This document shows, one piece after another, positions 1-10,560 of a DNA stretch of 64,000 bases (position 1 is the stretch's first letter; the number at the start of each line of letters is the position of its first letter). Source of the stretch: Thermoproteota archaeon. GTDB taxonomy: Archaea > Korarchaeota > JAOZGF01 > JAOZFZ01. Location of the stretch: assembly GCA_027492035.1 (NCBI GenBank), contig JAOZFT010000004.1, positions 544,001 to 608,000 on the forward strand. The letters run 5' to 3'. Both the position numbers and the translations under genes were made by a program. Below the pieces are notes generated by a model, which did not search any database, had not been told where the DNA came from, and worked only from the letters and a program-made list of their open reading frames with translations.

Positions 1-1883
1 GCTTCTTCAATGTTTATGGAGAAAATTTTAGGCCCCATCACTCTTAAACTATTAATTTGCGGTTTCTTCGACAAAAAGGTTTCAATATCCCTTATTATTG
101 TTTCGGTTTCTTCAACAAAGACAGTTACCTCTAGCTTTTCAATTTTTGTTTCTTTTCTTAACTGCATTAGGAAATCTAGGAATGTTTTTGATGTCGCAAT
201 TTGTTGGGAAACCCCTATAGACAAGTTTGGAGGGTTCAGGTACTTCACGGTTTTAATCCATTCATTAAGAAGTTTATTATTCTCTATGTCTCCCTTCTTC
301 AGTAAAATGTTTAATCCTTCAATTTCTCCCTTCATTTCTTCAATGGAAGGTTTAGTGATGTTTTGTGCAGCTTCAATAATTACGTATTTACCGTACACTG
401 CTAAAACCTTGAATCTGAAATTAATAAAGGGTTTATAGCGTAAAAACTCATTTTTACCTAAAACAAAGACGCCACTTTTCTTTCCTTTCTTTAATGCTTG
501 GAACATTTCTTCTGTCTGAACTTCCCTGTACATACCTGTATCTGTTCTTCTACCACTCATTAAGCAAATATAGTCACCAACGGGTCCTGTCCTTACGTGG
601 ATTATTTCATTCTCTGAAGTGTTTTCCTTGATCCACGCAATAACTTTTTGGAGATCTTGGTCATGGAATAACCCAATCATGAGTATTCCTTCACTAGAGA
701 AAAGGGATCCCTCTTTTAAACCTCTAAACTCTGAAGCTAAGGGTGTTTGAAGTAAATTGAACAATGAAGTTTTTTTAGGTCCAAGGAATTGTCCTTTATT
801 TCTCCTGCCACCTGCAAAACCAATTTTTAAATTGAAGAACAAACTAAACATAAAAACTGCAAGAATTACCCCTGAAAACAAAACTCTTTTTTTGCCTTCG
901 CTTAACCTCACCATTTTGCTAATTAAAATTTTAAGGAAAAAAACAAGTCCAACAGCGGCAACTAAAGAATTTATTATTGGGGAATGAAGAAAATACCTTG
1001 CACCATAAGTGAACAAGATTGAAAAGAAACCTAAAAAGGCAGCTAAAAACAGTTTATCCTTAACTCTTCTCTTCCTTAAGAGAAAAAAGAACCCAGCGAT
1101 GCTGAAAACCAGAATTAAAAGATTCATACTCAAGAACCCTATTAAAGGAATTCTTGAACGAACCAAATGGGCAGATAACGAATCCAAGTTTGTTAGTATG
1201 TGGTAAATCCAGGGAGAAAAAAGGAGGAAGGATAAACCTGTAACTTTCCCGAAAAACCCTAAATAAGACTTATTTCTCCTGTATATTAGTAGGCAAAAGA
1301 TAAAAAGGCCTAAAATAATTACGTAAGGTAAACCTAAGTGTGAATAAAGAAAAACAGTTAATAAAATAGTTGAAAAAAGGAAATTTTTCTTGTAAAAAGA
1401 GTAAAGAAAAAGGGGAAGGAGTGCAATTATCAAAGCAGTGGGTGCAACAGAGCATTGCCACATCCAAAACTCTGGACAAGCAGAAAGTAAGCTAAGTGTT
1501 AAAGCTGAAACATGTTCGTTGTAAATTAGCCTCGTAACCAGCCAAGCACTAAACAATGTTAAAGGGTATTGAATAATTCCTATAACTCTTCCCACATCTA
1601 AAAAATTTAAGTTAAAAGCATCGTGTAAAAACCAAATCAAAACATGTTCAAGGGGAGGGTAGAGATTAGGTCTCCCTATAGGGGCGAATTCGTAATAATC
1701 CCATAAACAAACAGTGTGGAAGTCGGAAAACATTTTTCCCATTAATAAATGATAAGGTGAATCAATACCTATGGGGAAGCTTTCCCAATTTAAAAGAAGT
1801 AAAACTCCATGTAAGGAAATTATGAGCATGGACAAGAAATCAAAAAGAGTTGCTTTCTCCCAAAAAGCTTCTTTTATTCCCAT
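1..1883 (-). CDS. GT-C fold membrane glycosyltransferase, AglB/STT3-like (3'-truncated by the window edge, >620 aa)
   Basis: Not in the ORF track because it runs off the window. Manual translation from ATG 1883 (in-frame TAA at 1893-1895 upstream, GAGAGG RBS) gives MGIKEAFWEK...GIDSPYHLLMG...WDYYEFAPIGRPNLYPPLEH, multiple TM segments, then AWIKENTSENEIIHVRTGPVGDYICLMSGRRTD. Frame was open at the stretches checked, including the window edge. Confidence 0.75.
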   Translation of the reverse strand, partial: MGIKEAFWEKATLFDFLSMLIISLHGVLLLLNWESFPIGIDSPYHLLMGKMFSDFHTVCLWDYYEFAPIGRPNLYPPLEHVLIWFLHDAFNLNFLDVGRVIGIIQYPLTLFSAWLVTRLIYNEHVSALTLSLLSACPEFWMWQCSVAPTALIIALLPLFLYSFYKKNFLFSTILLTVFLYSHLGLPYVIILGLFIFCLLIYRRNKSYLGFFGKVTGLSFLLFSPWIYHILTNLDSLSAHLVRSRIPLIGFLSMNLLILVFSIAGFFFLLRKRRVKDKLFLAAFLGFFSILFTYGARYFLHSPIINSLVAAVGLVFFLKILISKMVRLSEGKKRVLFSGVILAVFMFSLFFNLKIGFAGGRRNKGQFLGPKKTSLFNLLQTPLASEFRGLKEGSLFSSEGILMIGLFHDQDLQKVIAWIKENTSENEIIHVRTGPVGDYICLMSGRRTDTGMYREVQTEEMFQALKKGKKSGVFVLGKNEFLRYKPFINFRFKVLAVYGKYVIIEAAQNITKPSIEEMKGEIEGLNILLKKGDIENNKLLNEWIKTVKYLNPPNLSIGVSQQIATSKTFLDFLMQLRKETKIEKLEVTVFVEETETIIRDIETFLSKKPQINSLRVMGPKIFSINIEE

Positions 1884-2136
1884 TTGTTTCCTTTACCTCT
1901 CTTTCAAGCCCTTAACTCCACCTTAAACTATCTTTACTTCCTTTTCCTCCATCTTTAATGTATCGCTCATTTGGAAAAAGCAGAATTTTACTCATTTAAA
2001 ATTTTTATTTCTACATAATCTAAAGAAAAACTGGGCTGTTAATCAGGTACTATCAGGTTTTCACGAGTCCTTTATATATCCTGACAGGAATAACTCTAAC
2101 AGTTTTGAGTAAATGGAGAAGAACGATGGGGAGAAA

Positions 2137-3111
2137 TTAAAGTTTCGGGAATCTGTAATTCAGCTTGATAACTTTTCCTGTCTTTGCTGATTCAAGCATT
2201 TTCTCTGCAATATAAAGGGCAATTAAGCCATCTTTTCCTGAAGCCTTAGGTTCCATCTTTTCCCTTATACACCTCAAAAAATGTTTAAGTTCCTCTTTCA
2301 AAGGTTCATTCCATTTCAGATTCGGATATATTTCCCTTCGTCCTTCACTTGAATACTTTTCTATTTTTAACTGTTTCCAAGCGTCATCAAAATGTATTAT
2401 TCCTTCCTCACCCGTTACTATTAATTCCCTAACTTTGCTGGGTGAAAGCCAGTTATTTTCCAAAAAACAAGAGATATTTCCATTTACTTTTAATAAGGCG
2501 GTGGAATAATCCTCATTCACATGTTTAACTCGGCCTGTATAAGCGAATACTTCAATGGGGTCCTTGTTTAAAAGAAACCTTATTAAGTCAATGTCGTGAA
2601 TGGCTAAATCCTTCACAACCCCTATATCTGAAACCCTTGTAAACATCATCCCTAACCTTTTAAATGACAAAACTAATGGTTTACCCACTACTCCTTGCTT
2701 AAGTAACTCTTTAACTTTAACAACGCCAGAGTTATATCTCATTATGTGGCCAACGGCTAAAGTAAGGTTTCTCTTCTTAGCCTCCTTAACTATCTCCAAA
2801 GCTTCCTTTATACTTGTTGCAAAAGGTTTTTCAATTAAAACATTCACATTTCTTCTTAAAACTTTTAAAGCAAGTTCAGCATGGGTCTTTGTCGGTGTAA
2901 CTACACTTATCGCTTCCACTTTTTCTTTTTTAATCATTTTATCGACATCACGATAAGTTTCAACCCCATATTCTCTCTTAACCCTTTTTAATTTTTCGTT
3001 ATCTAAATCCACGGCAGCCATTAAGTCAGCTTCTCTTAATTCACTATAAACCCTTAAATGGTTCATTCCCCAATTACCAACCCCAGCTACAGCAACTTTA
3101 ATTTTATCCAT
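2137..3111 (-). CDS. Gfo/Idh/MocA family NAD-dependent oxidoreductase (WbpB/GnnA-like sugar-nucleotide dehydrogenase)
   Basis: VAVAGVGNWG Rossmann motif, EKP motif, DLAIHDID. ATG 3111 preferred over GTG 3126. Confidence 0.85.
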   Translation of the reverse strand: MDKIKVAVAGVGNWGMNHLRVYSELREADLMAAVDLDNEKLKRVKREYGVETYRDVDKMIKKEKVEAISVVTPTKTHAELALKVLRRNVNVLIEKPFATSIKEALEIVKEAKKRNLTLAVGHIMRYNSGVVKVKELLKQGVVGKPLVLSFKRLGMMFTRVSDIGVVKDLAIHDIDLIRFLLNKDPIEVFAYTGRVKHVNEDYSTALLKVNGNISCFLENNWLSPSKVRELIVTGEEGIIHFDDAWKQLKIEKYSSEGRREIYPNLKWNEPLKEELKHFLRCIREKMEPKASGKDGLIALYIAEKMLESAKTGKVIKLNYRFPKL

Positions 3112-3272
3112 TTCTTCACCCTGCACCTCTGGAAAAAGAGACTTGTGAAGGGAGATGTAATAACTTAACTCTCAACTTAAACCTAGTTCCTTTGAAGAAA
3201 TTTTTCAAAAAGAAGCCTAATAAATATCTTTTTAAATTCTACACTTCGTGTCTCCTCAAAAAATAAACGTTT

Positions 3273-3692
3273 TTGAAAATATGGAGGAAAAGTGTTGAAA
3301 TGGAGCTGTTAGAAACCAATGCAGGGAGTAAATTTGTTAAAGGAAAAAGTATCTTAATATATGGCGCCTGCACCGAACTAGAACACCCAAAAATTCTTGA
3401 AGAAGCATCTAAAGGAAAGACGAAGCTTTCTCTTTGCTTAGAAAAGGAGCACATGAACATGGTTGTTTATAAACTAGCTACCATGCTTAATTTAACGAAA
3501 CCCCCTAAAGATGTAACTGTACTAACTATTGACGGATCCCCTCATTGTGTACAGCTGCATTACGCAGTTGAGGAAGCTAAAAAATTAACGCATTCAACTA
3601 TTCCAGTTAAGCATTTAGTCATAATCAATAAAAGAGTGGTTGAGGTCTCTCCTGAAAAAGTTAAATTGTCTAGGTACTTAAGTAAAATTTAA
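3273..3692 (+). CDS. conserved archaeal Cys-containing protein (often annotated as ferredoxin/Fe-S oxidoreductase-related)
   Basis: GAC, CLEKEH and TIDGSPHCVQLH motifs. ATG 3300 is a possible start. Confidence 0.6.
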   Translation: MKIWRKSVEMELLETNAGSKFVKGKSILIYGACTELEHPKILEEASKGKTKLSLCLEKEHMNMVVYKLATMLNLTKPPKDVTVLTIDGSPHCVQLHYAVEEAKKLTHSTIPVKHLVIINKRVVEVSPEKVKLSRYLSKI

Positions 3693-3706
3693 AAAAAGAA
3701 ATAAAT

Positions 3707-3728
3707 ATAACTAGATATATCTAATTAT
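3707..3728. promoter_or_regulatory. palindromic operator, probably bound by the adjacent PadR
   Basis: ATAACTAGATATATCTAATTAT: perfect 12-bp core TAGATATATCTA within a near-perfect 22-bp palindrome, about 20 bp upstream of the padR ATG. Confidence 0.6.
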
Positions 3729-3747
3729 CGAAAAAAGTGAATGAAAA

Positions 3748-4254
3748 ATGGTAAAGCAACCAATTAATTTTAAACCGGGAAATTTCTTGCCTAGGAAACC
3801 TATTCTGTTCAAGAAGGGATTCTTTAAAATCCTTCTGCTGTATTATTTGAATGAAAAACCAATGCATGGCTACGAAATTATCAACAAAATCCGTAAAGAG
3901 TTCCTAGGTTTCTATGCCCCGAGTCCAGGTGTGGTTTACCCAACCTTGTTTTATCTTGAAGATTTAGGTTATGTTTACCATGAAAAAGAGGACGGCAGAA
4001 AGATTTATCATTTGACAGAGAAAGGAAAGAAATTTCTATCAACTAAAGAAGCGCAAATAAAGTTTTTTCTTAAGAAAAAGGAAGAAATAAAAAAATTCGT
4101 CTGTAAAGGTTTTTTTAAAAAACTATTTGAAATATTCAAACTTTTAACCCTTCATTACCAAGAAATAAGTGAAAGAAAAGCTTCTGAAATAGTGAAAGTT
4201 ATTGAGGACTCTCATAGCAAAATCCAAGAAATAATTTTCAAAGGTGAACAGTGA
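3748..4254 (+). CDS. PadR family transcriptional regulator
   Basis: PMHGYEI...PSPGVVYPTL..LED.G.V...RKIYHLTEKG. Confidence 0.93.
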   Translation: MVKQPINFKPGNFLPRKPILFKKGFFKILLLYYLNEKPMHGYEIINKIRKEFLGFYAPSPGVVYPTLFYLEDLGYVYHEKEDGRKIYHLTEKGKKFLSTKEAQIKFFLKKKEEIKKFVCKGFFKKLFEIFKLLTLHYQEISERKASEIVKVIEDSHSKIQEIIFKGEQ

Positions 4255-5245
4255 AAAAATGAAGGAAATAGTTGTTACTGAAAATTTAACAAAAATTTAC
4301 AATAAAAAGGTTTTAGCAGTTGACCATGTAAACCTTAGAATCTATAAGGGAGAAATTTTCGGTTTCTTAGGCCCTAATGGAGCAGGCAAAACCACAACAA
4401 TTAAAATGTTAGTTACTCTGCTTCAACCCACAGAAGGAACTGCTTTCGTTAACGGGTTCAATATATTAACTGAGCCCCACGAAGTAAGGAAAAATATTGG
4501 CATAGTTTTCCAAGAGCCTGCCTTAGATTTACAATTAACAGGAAAAGAAAACCTTGACTTCCACGCTAGAATTTATGGTTTGAAAAGGGATGAACGTAAA
4601 AAAAGGATAAATGAAGTTCTGGAACTTGTTAATTTAAAAGATAAAGCTGATATTTTAGTTAAAAATTACTCTGGAGGCATGAAAAGAAGATTAGAAATAG
4701 CTAGGGGATTAATGCATTACCCAAATGTTTTATTTCTTGACGAACCAACTCTAGGGCTTGATCCACAAAGTAGGAGAGCTATCTGGGACTATATCAAAGA
4801 AATAAATAAGCGCGAAAACGTCACAGTCTTCCTTACAACTCATTATATGGATGAAGCCGAATACCTTTGTGACAGGGTAGCAATCATAGATCACGGAAAA
4901 ATTTTGGTTTTAAACAGCCCGGCAGCTCTCAAGAATTCATTAGGAAACGACTTAATAACCTTAAGCTGCAACTCGACCGAAAAACTTTACAATGCACTAA
5001 AAAGTGAACACTGGGTTAAGAATTTGAAAATTCATGGTGAAGAATTATTCTTAGGGGTTAAGTCAGGTGAAAAAAGATTGGTGCAAATAATAAATTTAGC
5101 TTCTGAACTGAATGTGAAAGTAAACTTTGTGAACTTACGTAAGCCAACCCTAGAAGATGTATTCCTCCATTACACAGGTAGAAAAATAAGGGATGAAAAA
5201 AGAGATTTCAGAAGAGAAATAACCATTCGCAGAATGAGGCGTTAA
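4244..5245 (+). CDS. ABC exporter ATP-binding subunit (DrrA family)
   Basis: Walker A GPNGAGKT, signature YSGGM, Walker B FLDEPT, C-terminal PTLEDVF. Confidence 0.95.
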   Translation: MNSEKMKEIVVTENLTKIYNKKVLAVDHVNLRIYKGEIFGFLGPNGAGKTTTIKMLVTLLQPTEGTAFVNGFNILTEPHEVRKNIGIVFQEPALDLQLTGKENLDFHARIYGLKRDERKKRINEVLELVNLKDKADILVKNYSGGMKRRLEIARGLMHYPNVLFLDEPTLGLDPQSRRAIWDYIKEINKRENVTVFLTTHYMDEAEYLCDRVAIIDHGKILVLNSPAALKNSLGNDLITLSCNSTEKLYNALKSEHWVKNLKIHGEELFLGVKSGEKRLVQIINLASELNVKVNFVNLRKPTLEDVFLHYTGRKIRDEKRDFRREITIRRMRR

Positions 5246-5253
5246 AGGGTGAG

Positions 5254-6027
5254 GTGTCTGAAATGAGGTTTCTTGAATTACAAGCTATCTACATAATGTG
5301 GCTTAGACAGTTAAAAGGTTTCGTTAGAGCAAGAAGCAGATTAATAGCGAACATCATACAACCCTTCTTCTTTTTAGCTTTTCTAGGAATAGGTTTCAGC
5401 ACTGCAAAGTTTGCAACTATTCCCATTAACTACTCATATTTAGACTTCTTAGCTCCCGGAATGATAGTTATGTCAGTTCTCTTCTCCTCCATGTTTGCTG
5501 GGGTTTCAGTGCTTTGGGATAAACAATTCGGCTTTTTACAAGAGGTTTTAGTTGCGCCTGTAAGTAGGTTATCTATTGTGATTGGTAGGACATTAGGTGG
5601 CTCAACCACTGCTTTAATTCAAGGCTTTGTAGTGTTATTTGCCTCCTTGGTTTTAGGTGTCAAAATTTCTCTTTCAGGAGTTTTTCTAGCAGTTATTTTC
5701 TTGGTTCTTCTTTCATTCTTTGCTGTTGGTTTCGGTTTAGCTGTAGCTTCGAAAATGGAAGACATACATGGTTTCCAACTAATAATGAACCTAGTGATTT
5801 TTCCATTGTTCTTCCTTTCGTCAGCCTTCTTCCCAATTGAGGGGCTGCCTTCTCAATTTAAAATGCTTGTTTACTTAGATCCCTTAACTTATGGAGTGGA
5901 TGGGGTCAGGGGGAGCCTTGTAGGAATGAATTATTTCTTCCTTCAACTGGATTTATTAGTTTGTTTAGTCCTTGCAGTAGCTGTACTCTTGGTTGGTGCA
6001 TATTTTTTCAAGAAAAGCGAAGTTTAA
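5254..6027 (+). CDS. ABC-2 type permease (DrrB family)
   Basis: About 6 TM helices, WDKQFGFLQEVLVAPVSR, DPLTYGVD; follows the ATPase. Confidence 0.93.
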   Translation: MSEMRFLELQAIYIMWLRQLKGFVRARSRLIANIIQPFFFLAFLGIGFSTAKFATIPINYSYLDFLAPGMIVMSVLFSSMFAGVSVLWDKQFGFLQEVLVAPVSRLSIVIGRTLGGSTTALIQGFVVLFASLVLGVKISLSGVFLAVIFLVLLSFFAVGFGLAVASKMEDIHGFQLIMNLVIFPLFFLSSAFFPIEGLPSQFKMLVYLDPLTYGVDGVRGSLVGMNYFFLQLDLLVCLVLAVAVLLVGAYFFKKSEV

Positions 6028-6071
6028 TTGTGGAAAATTGAATAAACTGTTTTTCTCCAAGCTTCATGTTT

Positions 6072-7133
6072 TCAAAGAACAACTGCTCCTGTTTTAGTTA
6101 CCACTACGTCATCCTCAATTCTTATTCCAAAATTTTCCTCTAAATAAATACCTGGTTCTATTGTGAAAGTCATGTTCTCCTTCAGAACAGTTTTTTCAGT
6201 CCCTTTATACTTCTTATAAGAAACAATAGGTTCCTCATGCACTTCTAAACCTATTCCATGCCCTGTCCCGTGAATTAATTTGTAACCGTACTCTTCTATA
6301 ACTTTCCTCGCTGCAGCGTCCACTTCAAAATTGGTAACTCCCGGTTTAATTTTTTTAATTGCTTCCTTTCTTGCTTCTTTAACTATCCCCTGCACTTCCT
6401 CCTGTTTTAAAGATAATTCTCCATCAACCACTATTACGCGGGTGATGTCACCACAGTAATTCTCATACTTTGCTCCACAGTCTATGAGCAGTAACTCATT
6501 CCTTTTTATTCTCTTTTGTGAAGGGACCCCGTGAGGGTTGGCTGTTTTTTTACCTGAAACAGTTATTGTTGGGAACGATAAGTCATCAGCTCCCAACTTT
6601 TTCATGGCGTATCCTATTTTTGCAGCTACTTCTTTTTCACTTAAACCTGGCTTAACAATGGTAAAGACCTCGTTGATAGCTTTTTTGGTTATTTCAACAG
6701 CTTTCTTTAACTTCTTCAGTTCCTCACTGTCTTTTACCGCCCTTAAATTATATATTTCTTTTGAAATGTCTGTAATTTCAACTTTGCCCTTCAGTTTTTG
6801 AAGTGTTTCATAGGTTAAGAATCTACCGTTAACTGCAAGTTTTCTAACCTTAAACTCTCTTAAGATGCTGCTTAAGTCTTCAATAACGTTTTCAGTTTTC
6901 CTTACATCTGAAATGAATGTTTCTTCTTTTGCCCTATGGTAATCAAGTTCAGCTGTCAAAATTACTGGTTCTTTATGGACATGTATCAACAACGCTGCAT
7001 GAGTTAAGTAATTTATGTTTGAAAAATAGAAAAGTGTAGGATCTAGAATTGAAGCCCTGAAATTTGCTATTAAACAGGCATCTAACTTCTTTCTTTCCAA
7101 AATTAATTTAAGTTTACTTACTCTCTTTTTCAT
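6072..7133 (-). CDS. pepQ: Xaa-Pro dipeptidase/aminopeptidase P (M24B)
   Basis: PH, D.G..Y..DITR, HGTGHGIGLEVHE, TIEPGIY, GIRIEDD. Confidence 0.92.
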   Translation of the reverse strand: MKKRVSKLKLILERKKLDACLIANFRASILDPTLFYFSNINYLTHAALLIHVHKEPVILTAELDYHRAKEETFISDVRKTENVIEDLSSILREFKVRKLAVNGRFLTYETLQKLKGKVEITDISKEIYNLRAVKDSEELKKLKKAVEITKKAINEVFTIVKPGLSEKEVAAKIGYAMKKLGADDLSFPTITVSGKKTANPHGVPSQKRIKRNELLLIDCGAKYENYCGDITRVIVVDGELSLKQEEVQGIVKEARKEAIKKIKPGVTNFEVDAAARKVIEEYGYKLIHGTGHGIGLEVHEEPIVSYKKYKGTEKTVLKENMTFTIEPGIYLEENFGIRIEDDVVVTKTGAVVL

Positions 7134-7261
7134 GGTTAAACATCTTTTTCTAAAAACCTTTTTAAGGGTGTAAAGTTGGTTATGTCTTAAAACCTTGTGC
7201 GAAAACTTGTAGAAATGTTTTTTTATGAATTACTTAAGTTATTTGTCCCTGCTCCAAGTTG

Positions 7262-8140
7262 TTATTGCGTTAACGTTCTCTTCATTAACTCAGCTATTTG
7301 GGATGGTATTTCAGCTACTGGGACTCCTGCTTCTTTCAAAGCTTCAAGTTTACTTTCTGCACTTCCCTTACCCATAGCAACTATTGCTCCAGCGTGACCC
7401 ATCCTTTTACCCGGTGGTGCAGTTCTCCCTGCTATGTAAGCAACAACAGGTTTCGTCACTCCCTTTTTTGTTATATACTCAGCAAGTTTCTCCTCCATGT
7501 CTCCCCCTATCTCTCCAATAATTACCACTCCTTTTGTTTCAGGGTCTTTTTCAAACATTTTAATTACTTCAATGAAATCTAGCCCTATTATTGGGTCACC
7601 TCCTATTCCTACACATGTTGACTGGCCTAGTTTTGCTTTTGTTATTGCGTCAGCTATTTCATAAGTTAAAGTGCCGCTTCTGGAAACAATCCCAACTCCT
7701 CCTTTTGTGAAAAGCTTAGCTGGTAAAATTCCAACTTTTGTTTTTCCTGGACTTATTGCACCTGGACAGTTTGGGCCTATAATTTTTATTCCTTTCATTC
7801 TGGCATAATTTACAAACTCAAGTGAATCAGAAACCGGTATGTGTTCCGTTATCACGACTATTGGGTTCAGTTTTGCTTCTATTGCTTCGAAAACAGCATC
7901 TGCAGCGAATTTAGCTGGGACAAAAACAATTGATGAATTTATTTCAGGATGTTCCTCAACAGCTTCTTCAACAAAGTTGTAAACAGGCACTCCATACACT
8001 TTCTCTCCCCCCTTCCCGGGTGTAACCCCTGCAACTACTTTTGTTCCATAATCAAGCATAACTTTAGTGTGAAATCTACCTTCACTTCCAGTTATTCCCT
8101 GCACAAGAACCCTTGTTGATTCATCAACTAATATAGCCAA
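7262..8140 (-). CDS. sucD: succinyl-CoA synthetase alpha subunit
   Basis: [30 protein letters not shown]. Confidence 0.97.
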   Translation of the reverse strand: MAILVDESTRVLVQGITGSEGRFHTKVMLDYGTKVVAGVTPGKGGEKVYGVPVYNFVEEAVEEHPEINSSIVFVPAKFAADAVFEAIEAKLNPIVVITEHIPVSDSLEFVNYARMKGIKIIGPNCPGAISPGKTKVGILPAKLFTKGGVGIVSRSGTLTYEIADAITKAKLGQSTCVGIGGDPIIGLDFIEVIKMFEKDPETKGVVIIGEIGGDMEEKLAEYITKKGVTKPVVAYIAGRTAPPGKRMGHAGAIVAMGKGSAESKLEALKEAGVPVAEIPSQIAELMKRTLTQ

Positions 8141-8154
8141 TTCTTTTCACCTTC

Positions 8155-9300
8155 CTAATCACTTACTCCCTTCACTACTTCCACTATCTTTTTTGCAGCT
8201 TCTTCCATTGTGTCTAAATAACTTATTCCTGCTTCCTTAAGGATTTTTCTCCCCTCTTCTTCCCTTGTTCCCTGCATCCTTATAATAATTGGTTTCTGGA
8301 TTTTAACTTCTTCCAGTGCTTCAATTAATCCTTTAGCCACTTCATCGCATCTAGTTATTCCACCCAATATGTTCACCAGTACCCCTCTCACTTTAGGGTT
8401 TCTTAACTGTATTTCAACAGCTTTCCTTACTCTTTCAGCACTTGCTCCCCCTCCTATGTCTAAGAAATTAGCTGGTTTACCTCCAAACTTAGCTACTAAA
8501 TCCATGCTGGCCATCGTCAACCCTGCGCCATTGGCAATAACCCCTACGCTCCCTTCAAGGTCAACATAACTAAATCCCTCTTTTAAAGCAGTTAATTCAA
8601 GCTGAGTCATTTCTCCTCTCTCTTCCTCAAACCTTCTCTGGAATTGTTGATGTCTAAACAAGGAGTTATCATCAATAATTATTCGGGCATCAGCTGCAAC
8701 AATTTCTCTTTCCTCCGTTAAAACTAAAGGATTGCTTTCTACAAGTTCACAGTCGTATCTGGAAGCTATTTCTTTAAAGGCTTTAATTATTCCCCTGACT
8801 TGTTTAAAGTATTCCTGTAACCCCATCCTTTGAATTATTTTTCTAACTTGGAATTCTTTAATGCCTACAAGAGGATTAATAGCTACTTTAACTATTTTTT
8901 CAGGTTTTTCAGCTGCTAACTTCTCTATTTCCATTCCTCCTTCGCTTGAAGCCAAAAAAACGTATTTTCTGGCTGAACGGTCCACTGTTAAACTTAAATA
9001 AAGTTCTTTAGTTATTTTCAGTTCCTCTTCTACAAGTAATTTTTTAACTTGTAAACCTTTAATTTTCATTCCGAAAAGTTTTTTTGCGGTAGTGTATGCT
9101 CCCTCAGGGTTTTTCACTTTTATTATTCCTCCAGCTTTCCCTCTTCCCGCAACAAGAACTTGGGATTTAAGCATTACAGGTTTACCTATTTCTCTAGCTA
9201 TTTCTTCAGTCTCTTCAGGGTTTGAAGCAACTTTGCCATTAGGGACAGGTATTCCATGTTCGGAGAAAATTTTTTTAGCTTCAAATTCATGCAGTTTCAA
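8155..9300 (-). CDS. sucC: succinyl-CoA synthetase beta subunit
   Basis: LHEFEAK, GRGKAGG, NGAGL, PANFLDIGGG, GITRCD. Confidence 0.97.
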   Translation of the reverse strand: MKLHEFEAKKIFSEHGIPVPNGKVASNPEETEEIAREIGKPVMLKSQVLVAGRGKAGGIIKVKNPEGAYTTAKKLFGMKIKGLQVKKLLVEEELKITKELYLSLTVDRSARKYVFLASSEGGMEIEKLAAEKPEKIVKVAINPLVGIKEFQVRKIIQRMGLQEYFKQVRGIIKAFKEIASRYDCELVESNPLVLTEEREIVAADARIIIDDNSLFRHQQFQRRFEEERGEMTQLELTALKEGFSYVDLEGSVGVIANGAGLTMASMDLVAKFGGKPANFLDIGGGASAERVRKAVEIQLRNPKVRGVLVNILGGITRCDEVAKGLIEALEEVKIQKPIIIRMQGTREEEGRKILKEAGISYLDTMEEAAKKIVEVVKGVSD

Positions 9301-9630
9301 GTCCTACACCTTCTCTTCCCAATTTATTCACTTCCCAAAGTTGAATAAGCAATTGCTATGAAGAAGTTAGGGAATTAACCCTCTTTTTTAAAAATTACTG
9401 AAACATCGTGTAACGTTCCACAGTTGTATGTAAATCAGAGAGGCAAGCTATAGCCTTTATTAAATCCCCTTTTTTTAATTTTTGAAAAGGGATCGGAACC
9501 AATTATGAATGATTGGAAGCTGTATTTGGAACGAGTTTTTTAAACTAGTTAATGGAAAAGTTAATATGTTTAAGGCAACAAAATCTTTTTAGTACACAGG
9601 AACATTTTTTAAAAGACAAATGAATGTTTT

Positions 9631-10560
9631 ATGGGGTTTCCTTTGTTGAAATGTGTTAAATGTGGAGGAGAAGCAGTTGTTAATTTGAAACCTTACGGGT
9701 TAGTTCTTTGTAACGAACACTTTACAGAATTTTACGAAAAGAAAGTTAAGGAGTTCATAATCAAAAATAAACTTATTAAACCAAAAGAAAAAGTTTCTGT
9801 AGCAGTATCTGGTGGAAAAGACAGTTTAGCTTGCTTAATTGCTCTTGATAATTTATCTAACGAATTAAATTTTCAATTAACGGCTTATCACATAAACTTA
9901 GAGATAGGAAAATTTTCCAAGCAGTCACAAAAAACAGTGAGGGAAGCAACGAAAAAATTAGATGTTCCTTTAGAAATAACTGATTTAAAGAAAGAAACAG
10001 GTTTTACATTACCTGAATTAATTAAAATCAACAGGAGGCCTCCCTGTTCAGTTTGTGGAACAGTTAAAAGGTATTTAATGAATAAAGTTCCCCGAGAGCT
10101 TGGCAATGAAAAATTAGCTACTGGACACAACTTAGACGATATTCTAGAATTTACAGTTAAAAACTTTCTTAACAACAACTTTTTTTGGCTCAGCAAATTG
10201 AAGCCTCTTCTTCCTTCTGTAAACAGCAAAGTATTAACCAAAATTAAGCCGTTGTTTGAAAGGACAGAGAAAGAGAATGCAGTTTATGTTTTAAGTAAAG
10301 GCTTTAATCTTCCCCATCTAACTTGTCCTTTCAGCCGCTCCTCAGAATGGAAAGAAATCATTGCTAAAATTGAGGAATGGAAACCAGGTTTCAAATTAAG
10401 ATTCATCAAATCTTTTCAAAAAATAAATTTTCCTGTTGAAAAACTGAATTATAAGCGGTGTAGAATTTGCGGGGAGTTGTCTTCATCTGAAATCTGCAGT
10501 TTCTGCAGAGTAACAAGGAAACAAACTGGAAATCTTCAGGAACTTAAGAATAGAAAATAA
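9631..10560 (+). CDS. ttuA: tRNA 2-thiolation protein, TtuA/TtcA family
   Basis: N-terminal CxxC, PP-loop SGGKDS, CSVCG, GHNLDD, C-terminal CxxC...CxxC zinc finger. Confidence 0.85.
   Translation: MGFPLLKCVKCGGEAVVNLKPYGLVLCNEHFTEFYEKKVKEFIIKNKLIKPKEKVSVAVSGGKDSLACLIALDNLSNELNFQLTAYHINLEIGKFSKQSQKTVREATKKLDVPLEITDLKKETGFTLPELIKINRRPPCSVCGTVKRYLMNKVPRELGNEKLATGHNLDDILEFTVKNFLNNNFFWLSKLKPLLPSVNSKVLTKIKPLFERTEKENAVYVLSKGFNLPHLTCPFSRSSEWKEIIAKIEEWKPGFKLRFIKSFQKINFPVEKLNYKRCRICGELSSSEICSFCRVTRKQTGNLQELKNRK

Noticed and set aside
10-1479. Short ORFs 10..438, 757..987, 1009..1206 and 1270..1479
   Set aside because: Shadow or alternate-frame ORFs of the long minus-strand GT-C gene.
2030-2090. Possible C/D-box sRNA (two CTGA on the minus strand after a TATA-like element)
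   Set aside because: No RTGATGA C box and the spacing is too short; more likely the promoter region of the GT-C gene.
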